A DNA stretch of 64,000 nt from Spirochaetales bacterium (GTDB lineage: Bacteria; Spirochaetota; Spirochaetia; SZUA-6; RPPD01). Below, in pieces: positions 55,545 to 64,000 of this stretch (positions within the stretch are counted from its first letter, which is position 1; each line of letters starts with the position of its first letter). The DNA lies in NCBI GenBank assembly GCA_016930675.1, contig JAFGGG010000003.1, forward strand, positions 2,879 to 66,878, written 5' to 3'. Under the pieces are notes generated by a model that saw only the letters and a list, made by a program, of their open reading frames with translations, was not told the DNA's origin and did no database searches. The position numbers and the translations under genes were made by a program.

Positions 55545-55573
55545 TTGACTCCTTTTTATTAGAGGATTAGTAT
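55545..55573 (+). promoter_or_regulatory. candidate sigma-70 promoter of the larB operon
   Basis: The elements are TTGACT (55545-55550), a 17-nt spacer, and TAGTAT (55568-55573). Confidence 0.4.
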
Positions 55574-55588
55574 TTTAACAATGTAAAC

Positions 55589-56335
55589 ATGGAAGACAAA
55601 CGACTTTTAGATCTGTTAGAAAAGATAAAACAAAACAGTATCACCCCGCAAACGGCACTAACATACATCAAAAATATGATCTCAACAAATCTGGGATTCG
55701 CGGAAGTGGATATAAGCCGCGACACGCGCAAAGGATTCCCTGAGGTAGTGTATTGTAAGAATAAATCAGATGAAGATATTTTAGCCATCAGCAAAGAACT
55801 TTATAAACACAATAAAAAACTTCTGCTTACCAAAGTAACTGAGGCAACAGCCACACTTCTCCAAGCACATTTTAAAGTAGTACAATATTACAAGAACAGC
55901 GGTTCGCTGGTAATTGGTAAAATCAATAAAGGTTGCGGAAAAGTAACTGTTGTGTCCGCCGGTACTTCCGACATTCCCGTGGCCGAAGAAGCAGCTGTTA
56001 CAGCCCGGGTGGTGGGCGCGCATGTGGAAACGTACTGGGATATCGGCGTGGCGGGAATCCACCGGCTGCTCTCAAAAATCGAAACACTCCGCACAAGCAG
56101 AGTAATAGTGGCTGTGGCCGGAATGGATGGCGCCTTGCCCAGTGTAATCGCTGGACTGGTAAGCTGTCCGGTTATTGCCGTACCGACCTCGGTCGGATAC
56201 GGAGCACATTTAAACGGCATTGCTCCTCTTTTAACCATGCTTAATTCCTGTGCGCCTGGAGTAACGGTGGTAAATATTGATAACGGATTCGGCGCCGGTT
56301 ATACTGCCGCTCTGATCAATCAAATTGGAGAATAA
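55589..56335 (+). CDS. larB: LarB-type (PurE-like) nickel-pincer cofactor biosynthesis protein
   Basis: The core is PurE/AIR-carboxylase-like (VTVVSAGTSDIPVAEEA, AVAGMDGALPSV), with the LarB-type N-terminal extension. Confidence 0.8.
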   Translation: MEDKRLLDLLEKIKQNSITPQTALTYIKNMISTNLGFAEVDISRDTRKGFPEVVYCKNKSDEDILAISKELYKHNKKLLLTKVTEATATLLQAHFKVVQYYKNSGSLVIGKINKGCGKVTVVSAGTSDIPVAEEAAVTARVVGAHVETYWDIGVAGIHRLLSKIETLRTSRVIVAVAGMDGALPSVIAGLVSCPVIAVPTSVGYGAHLNGIAPLLTMLNSCAPGVTVVNIDNGFGAGYTAALINQIGE

Positions 56336-56338
56336 CGT

Positions 56339-57439
56339 ATGTATCTGATAGATTTGTCCGCCGGAGTTTCCGCGGAACTCATTTTTTCTTCTTTTGCCGT
56401 CATAAAACCGCACGCTTCCGCTCTTTTACTGGACTACTTTCAAAACATTAAAGATCTGGCTTCAAACCACTTTATCAGCATAATCCTTTCTTTTTTAAAA
56501 CGCAGTCCGGATTTAAACGAGATAAAGCAATTAAAAAAGGAGTTGGCAGAAGAGAAAGCTGTTCCTGCCGGGAAGTACTTTGCTTCCATGAAATCCAGTA
56601 AAGAAAAAGTTGCTAAATTCCTGAAAAGAGCTAAAATTAAAAATCTTGACCCATGGAATATATTTATTTATATTTCTCTTATAATATTTCAAAATAATGC
56701 CAAAAATGAATTTCTAGTATCAATACCAAGTGTAGGAATATCTTCTCAAGCAAAGGTCTTTGAAGTATTTGAAGAGAAGCAAATAAGAGTTGATGCTAAT
56801 GCAAGAGAATTATCTCTTATGCTCGCGGTATTTCTCGAAATATTTTTAACACCGTTTAGCGAATATTGTACTATGAAAATAAAAGCAGTTACTAACATAG
56901 CAGATCCTCTTTTCCCCGCTCATCATGCCAAATTATTTGAGTTTGAATCGGCAAACAATCCAATGGTAACGGACCGGATTATGGTTTTTGAAACAAATAT
57001 CGACGATTCAACTCCGGAAATCATTGCCGCTGCTTTACAAAATATTCTTGAACACGGAGCGTTAGACTTCACAATTGTTCCCGCAACCATGAAAAAAGGC
57101 AGACCCGGCTTTATGGTACAGGTCCTGTCTCCTCTTGATAAGCAGGAAAAGATTGAAGATCTGCTTTTAACGACCACATCAACCTTTGGCGTCAGGAAAT
57201 ATCTTACTGAACGCAGAATTCTCAAAAGAGAAGTGAGAAAATTCCAGTCCTCACTGGGAGAAATTCGAGTGAAATCCGGTTTTTTGGACGATAGATGTAT
57301 CAAAACCGTGCCGGAAATTGATGATATTATAGCCTTAAGTAAAGCAAAAAACATACCGCTTATGAACATATATCAGCAGGTTTGTCATGAACTATATCAA
57401 AAAGATTACATTACATTTTCTCAAAATAATTCAACTTAA
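56339..57439 (+). CDS. larC: LarC/DUF111 family protein with a divergent N-terminal half
   Basis: The C-terminal half is a good match (ETNIDDSTPE, MKKGRPGFMV, TSTFGVRKY). The N-terminal motif expected as GISGDM reads GVSAEL, and I saw no His-rich segment. Confidence 0.65.
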   Translation: MYLIDLSAGVSAELIFSSFAVIKPHASALLLDYFQNIKDLASNHFISIILSFLKRSPDLNEIKQLKKELAEEKAVPAGKYFASMKSSKEKVAKFLKRAKIKNLDPWNIFIYISLIIFQNNAKNEFLVSIPSVGISSQAKVFEVFEEKQIRVDANARELSLMLAVFLEIFLTPFSEYCTMKIKAVTNIADPLFPAHHAKLFEFESANNPMVTDRIMVFETNIDDSTPEIIAAALQNILEHGALDFTIVPATMKKGRPGFMVQVLSPLDKQEKIEDLLLTTTSTFGVRKYLTERRILKREVRKFQSSLGEIRVKSGFLDDRCIKTVPEIDDIIALSKAKNIPLMNIYQQVCHELYQKDYITFSQNNST

Positions 57440-57450
57440 AAGGAGCTCTA

Positions 57451-58872
57451 GTGGTTAAAAAAGAATTTCCCAAAGTGCATTTTTACGATCAAGACATAGT
57501 CGACCTCTATAACCAAACATGGAACTGGATAAAAAACTCTTGGAAACACGGTACGAATAAAAACGGTTTTGGAGCGAAGTATTTTAATTATCCTAAAAGC
57601 GACAAGATAAACCAGTTCGAAGCCTGTTTCTCTACTTTTTTTCTCGTATACTGTAATAAGCATTTTCCCGTAACTCCGTTATTAGATAATTTTTATGCAA
57701 AGCAAGAGGCAAGCGGAGCAATCTACGGTGAATATAGTGAAGAAAACGGAAAACCCATAACATCCAAAAAGAATCCTTCCGGGGTACATCCTCCTCTTTT
57801 TTCTTGGGCTGAGTTTAATATCTATCATAAAATCGGATCTAAAAAACGTATTAAAGAAATAATTCCCAAATTAGATCTGTATTATCATTGGTTGGAGAAG
57901 AGATTTAAAAAGGAAAACGGACTTTATTCCGTACCGTTATTCGCTACCATCATGGAAAACGCGCCGCGAAATGAAATGGAATATCCGGTCGATTTTAATG
58001 CTCAACAGGCCTTAAACGCCCTGTACATGTCATTACTTTATGATATTCTGAACGATAAAGAAAAAAGCTATCGCTATAAGAGATATTATTTCTCGCTCAA
58101 AACAAGAATAAATTCAATGATGTGGCACAGTGAAGATCATATTTATTACGATCTTGACAAAAAAGGAAAACATGTCCGTACAAAAACTATTGCTTCATTC
58201 TGGCCCTTACTGGCAAAAGTACCGAATGAAGAAAGAGCTGAAAAACTGATTATACACCTCACTAATCCTAAGGAATTTGGCTTAGACAATCCGTTTCCTT
58301 CCCTGGCGGCTAATAATAAGCATTTTGATCGGACCGGTTATGGATTCAGGGGATCTGTTTTTCCTCCTTTTACTTATATTGTAATAAAGGGATTGGAAGA
58401 ATACGGACGATTTGATCTTGCTCGTGAATGTGCGATCAGACATCTTTATTATGTGCTTGATAGTGTCCATCCTACTGATAATACTCCGGGAACTCTCTGG
58501 GAAGCATACTGCCCTATAAAAGAGGGTAAAGCAAAATGGCCTAAAAAAGATAATTTCCCGAGAGAATTGTTTTTACCGTATGCCGCACTTTCAACAATAG
58601 CTCTTATTATAGAAAACGTCATAGGGCTTTCTATTTCACTGCCTAGAAAAACCGTAGACTGGATAATTCCAACCTTAGAAATTATGGGAATTGAAGATCT
58701 CTCGCTGAAAAGGAATTTAATAACCATTCTGAGCAATAAAAGTTCGCGGGGCTGGGAGATAAAATTGGAATCCGAAAAACTTTACTATTTTACCGTGAAT
58801 ATTATCGGACAAAAGAAAAAAACACTGCCCATTCCCTCAGGCAAATGTTCTATTCTCATAGACAAAATATAG
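57451..58872 (+). CDS. putative (alpha/alpha)6-barrel glycoside hydrolase (GH63/trehalase-like)
   Basis: It has a GTG start behind the RBS AAGGAG. The size and aromatic-rich blocks (FWPLLA, LWEAY) suggest the fold, but the family call is weak. Confidence 0.45.
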   Translation: MVKKEFPKVHFYDQDIVDLYNQTWNWIKNSWKHGTNKNGFGAKYFNYPKSDKINQFEACFSTFFLVYCNKHFPVTPLLDNFYAKQEASGAIYGEYSEENGKPITSKKNPSGVHPPLFSWAEFNIYHKIGSKKRIKEIIPKLDLYYHWLEKRFKKENGLYSVPLFATIMENAPRNEMEYPVDFNAQQALNALYMSLLYDILNDKEKSYRYKRYYFSLKTRINSMMWHSEDHIYYDLDKKGKHVRTKTIASFWPLLAKVPNEERAEKLIIHLTNPKEFGLDNPFPSLAANNKHFDRTGYGFRGSVFPPFTYIVIKGLEEYGRFDLARECAIRHLYYVLDSVHPTDNTPGTLWEAYCPIKEGKAKWPKKDNFPRELFLPYAALSTIALIIENVIGLSISLPRKTVDWIIPTLEIMGIEDLSLKRNLITILSNKSSRGWEIKLESEKLYYFTVNIIGQKKKTLPIPSGKCSILIDKI

Positions 58873-58943
58873 TTATTTGTATATATCCTATATTATATAT
58901 ATCAGAAGTTATAATTCTTTTCATTAATGAAAAATGAAATCGA

Positions 58944-59008
58944 CATACCGACAGCTTTGCCTGCGGTATGCGAGGGAGCACCCCGCAGGGGTGCGAGGTG
59001 GAAGAAAA
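58944..59008 (+). repeat. modular hairpin repeat, copy 5a (modules A and B plus linker, no C)
   Basis: The sequence is CATACCGACAGCTTTGCCTGCGGTATG, CGAGGGA, GCACCCCGCAGGGGTGC, GAGGTGGAAGAAAA. Confidence 0.7.
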
Positions 59009-59071
59009 CGCGTATAAAATATTGTGCCATATGAGTTACTTTACTTTTTTTGTGTTTAGTAATATAATAAT

Positions 59072-61166
<2,095 letters not shown>

Positions 61167-61188
61167 CAACATGTATTAGGAGTATGCC

Positions 61189-63615
61189 ATGAGTGATCAT
61201 ATAGGTAGAGTTATACCTGTTGCCATAGAAGACGAAGTTAAAGAATCATATCTCAACTACGCAATGTCCGTTATTGTGAGCAGAGCCCTTCCTGATGTAA
61301 GAGACGGTCTAAAACCCGTTCACCGCAGAATCCTCTACTCAATGAACGAAATGGGCCTCAGGTCCGACAGAGCTTTTAAAAAGACAGGCAGAATAGTTGG
61401 CGATGTATTAGGGAAATTTCATCCGCATGGCGACCAATCAATTTATGACGCGTTAGTCAGACTTGCTCAAGATTTTTCATTACGCTATCCCCTTATCACA
61501 GGCCAAGGTAATTTCGGTTCGGTCGACGGAGATCCTCCGGCTGCCATGCGGTATACGGAAGCACGCATGGCTAAACTGGCCGAAGAAATGCTTCGTGATA
61601 TTAATAAGAACACGGTGGACTTTGTACCAAACTATGACGACTCACTCCAGGAACCCTTTGTGCTGCCGGCGAATTTCCCCTTTCTGTTAGCCAATGGGAC
61701 CAGTGGAATCGCAGTAGGCATGGCAACCAATATGCCCCCCCATAACCTGACAGAAATCGCAAGTGCGATTGCCGCAGTTATCGATGATGAAAAAATAAAG
61801 GATAAAGAACTTTTACACTATATGAAAGGTCCGGATTTTCCTACCGGAGGTATTATTTACGGTACACAAGGAGTAAAGGATGCGTTTAAGACAGGTAAAG
61901 GCCGAATAATTGTTCGCGCCCGATTTGTATTGGAAACATTAAAAGGCGGAAAAGAAGCCATCATTGTTACGGAGATTCCTTATCAGGTCAACAAATCGGC
62001 ATTGATTGTAAAAATTGCCGAGATGGTAAAAAATCATAGAATAGACGGTATCTCCGATTTGCGCGATGAATCCGATCGAAACGGTATTAGAATTGTAATT
62101 GAGCTTCGTCGGGGAGCAATCCCGAAAGTTACCTTAAACCAACTTTTTTCAAACACACAACTTCAAGTAAGCTTTAATGTCAACAACATCGCTCTGGTCG
62201 AAGGCAAACCCAAGCTTGTCAACTTAAAAGCACTGATTTCATGTTTCATAAAGCACAGAAAAGAAGTTGTTATTCGCAGAAGCAAATATGATTTAAAAAA
62301 AGCACAGGAAAGAGAACATATCTTAGAAGGATTAAAAACAGCCTTAGACAATATTGATGAAGTTATTAAAATCATCAAGCAATCAAAAACGGTGGATATC
62401 GCCAGAAAAAGTTTAATGCAGCGGTTTAAATTTTCTAAAATACAGGCACAAGCTATCTTAGATATGCGGCTGCAAAAACTTACAAGTCTGGAAACACAAA
62501 AAATACTTGATGAACTGGCGGAAATAAAAAAATTAATCGCCTATCTAAAAGATCTTTTATCCAGTGAGAAGAAAATACTTGCGGTGGTTAAACAAGAAAC
62601 GCAAGAGATCGCTAAGAAATACGGTGATGCTCGAAAAACCGAGATTGTAGAAGCAGAAGTTGAAAAACTGGATATCGAAGATTTAATTGTAAAAGAAGAT
62701 ATGGTTATCCTTATCTCAAACAAAGGATTTATCAAGCGGTTACCGCTCTCCGCCTACAAGAGGCAACATCGGGGCGGCAAGGGGAGTTCATCCTCCAAAT
62801 TGAAGGACGAAGATTTTATCACTCAGATTTTTATTGCCTCAACCCATGATTATATCCTTTTTGTTACCTCCGAAGGAAAAGCCTATTGGCTCAAGGTGCA
62901 TGAGATTCCGGAAGGATCAAAGATTTCCCGCGGTCAGAATATTAAAGCCTTACTGGCTCTTTCTGAAAATGAAGACATCACTACCTGCGCCTCACTCGCC
63001 GATTTTACGGAAGACAATTTTGTTTTTATGGTTACCAGCAAAGGTGTTGTAAAAAAAGTAAAAACAAGTGATTTTTCCAATGCCAGACAACGCGGAATTA
63101 TTGCAATCAACCTCGACCAAGACGACAAACTCATCGGAGCAAATCTCTCACAAGGTAATGAAGATATTATCCTTATTACACGAAACGGGTATGCTCTGCG
63201 CTTTAAAGAGAAGACTGTTCGCCCTACAGGAAGAACATCGAGAGGGGTTACGGGCATCCGTCTTTCTGCTAACGATTTGGTCATCGCAGCACTTACCGTA
63301 CAAAAAGACGAACAAATGGTGCTCATCAGTGAAAACGGATTCGGCAAACGCATCCTTTATGATAACTTCAAGTCACACGGCAGAGCAACTAAAGGTCAAA
63401 TCTGCTATAAAACCAATGAAAAGACCGGAAAACTTTCCAGTGCGCTTTCAATACGAAAAAAAGATGATCTCATCTGCATTACCTCACTTGGCAATACTAT
63501 CAAACTCAAATTAAAGAGTATCCCAGAGATGGGAAAAAGCGCAATCGGAGTTTGTATTGTTAAAACCAATGAAAATGATTGGATCGTTGGTATTGCCAGA
63601 GACGAAAAGGAATAA
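61189..63615 (+). CDS. gyrA: DNA gyrase subunit A
   Basis: It has [29 protein letters not shown] and AAMRYTE (active-site Tyr region). Confidence 0.97.
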   Translation: MSDHIGRVIPVAIEDEVKESYLNYAMSVIVSRALPDVRDGLKPVHRRILYSMNEMGLRSDRAFKKTGRIVGDVLGKFHPHGDQSIYDALVRLAQDFSLRYPLITGQGNFGSVDGDPPAAMRYTEARMAKLAEEMLRDINKNTVDFVPNYDDSLQEPFVLPANFPFLLANGTSGIAVGMATNMPPHNLTEIASAIAAVIDDEKIKDKELLHYMKGPDFPTGGIIYGTQGVKDAFKTGKGRIIVRARFVLETLKGGKEAIIVTEIPYQVNKSALIVKIAEMVKNHRIDGISDLRDESDRNGIRIVIELRRGAIPKVTLNQLFSNTQLQVSFNVNNIALVEGKPKLVNLKALISCFIKHRKEVVIRRSKYDLKKAQEREHILEGLKTALDNIDEVIKIIKQSKTVDIARKSLMQRFKFSKIQAQAILDMRLQKLTSLETQKILDELAEIKKLIAYLKDLLSSEKKILAVVKQETQEIAKKYGDARKTEIVEAEVEKLDIEDLIVKEDMVILISNKGFIKRLPLSAYKRQHRGGKGSSSSKLKDEDFITQIFIASTHDYILFVTSEGKAYWLKVHEIPEGSKISRGQNIKALLALSENEDITTCASLADFTEDNFVFMVTSKGVVKKVKTSDFSNARQRGIIAINLDQDDKLIGANLSQGNEDIILITRNGYALRFKEKTVRPTGRTSRGVTGIRLSANDLVIAALTVQKDEQMVLISENGFGKRILYDNFKSHGRATKGQICYKTNEKTGKLSSALSIRKKDDLICITSLGNTIKLKLKSIPEMGKSAIGVCIVKTNENDWIVGIARDEKE

Positions 63616-63645
63616 AACTATATACTATTTTTGTTTCACGTGAAA

Positions 63646-63681
63646 CAAAAAAGGGCTGCTTTTTAAGGCAGCCCTTTTTTA
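63646..63681. terminator. bidirectional intrinsic terminator between gyrA and the nifU-like gene
   Basis: The sequence is AAAAAA-GGGCTGC-TTTTTAA-GGCAGCCC-TTTTTT. It is preceded by a perfect 18-nt palindrome TTGTTTCACGTGAAACAA (63631-63648). Confidence 0.75.
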
Positions 63682-63708
63682 TAAAATCAATTATCATCTA
63701 TAAGTATT

Positions 63709-63936
63709 TTAAACAGCTTCGACTTTAGTTACGTCAGGCACCTGCTTTTTCAAATATTTTTCAATTCCATTACTCAATGTCATTTGAGACATCGGACATC
63801 CCTGGCAGGCTCCTTTAAGCTTTACCTGCACAACACCATCTTCGTTTACATTTACTAATTCCACATCTCCGCCGTCTGCCTGCAAAGAGGGGCGCACATC
63901 ATTAAGTGCTTTTTGTACTTGCTCTTTTAACATCAC
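63709..63936 (-). CDS. NifU-like Fe-S cluster assembly domain protein
   Basis: 75 aa with LQADGGDVELV and GACQGCPMS (the CxxC motif). Confidence 0.8.
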   Translation of the reverse strand: MMLKEQVQKALNDVRPSLQADGGDVELVNVNEDGVVQVKLKGACQGCPMSQMTLSNGIEKYLKKQVPDVTKVEAV

Positions 63937-64000
63937 ATACTCCTTGGCTGAACGGTATCTATTTGTTTTTCCACCGTTGTAATCTTACCTATAAGATATA

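Noticed and set aside
55781-56244. ORFs 55781-56062 (minus), 55888-56238 (minus) and 55933-56244 (plus) overlapping larB.
   Set aside because: They are out-of-frame or antisense shadows of the well-supported PurE-like larB gene and have an Arg/Gly/Cys-rich composition.

Overview
This is a 64-kb chromosomal window from a low-GC, diderm, chemotactic bacterium. Gene content and order point to a Spirochaetota-like lineage: pyrG-lptC-lptA-lptB-rpoN-hpf-hprK-ptsH (a partial PTS linked to rpoN), adjacent gyrB-gyrA, and cheR-cheB. I cannot verify that lineage without a database search.

Most of the window is housekeeping: nadE, glnA, holA, lexA, an NtrY/NtrX-like two-component system, ispDF, tyrS, three tRNAs, and gyrBA. 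About 33.8-44.8 kb looks accessory and more GC-rich by eye. It holds marR plus two nitroreductases, a flagellin-like operon, a small OMP, and a csoR-copZ-copA copper module that ends at the 3' end of tRNA-Leu.

The observations most worth following up are:
1. A tightly coupled operon (36.4-39.7 kb) encodes a 736-aa protein built from several degenerate flagellin-like modules, plus a 284-aa partner with flagellin-like termini. It lies outside any flagellar locus.
2. A modular hairpin repeat family occurs in at least five intergenic loci. Inverted copies bracket a GIDE-like membrane protein gene, and tandem copies fill the gyrB leader.
3. An intrinsic terminator sits between a promoter and tyrS, which suggests a leader or attenuator, possibly T-box-like.
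4. A sigma-54-type promoter with tandem upstream palindromes precedes glnA.
5. lexA is translationally embedded between a sigma-54 activator gene and holA.

All family assignments come from motif recognition by eye. No searches or computations were run.
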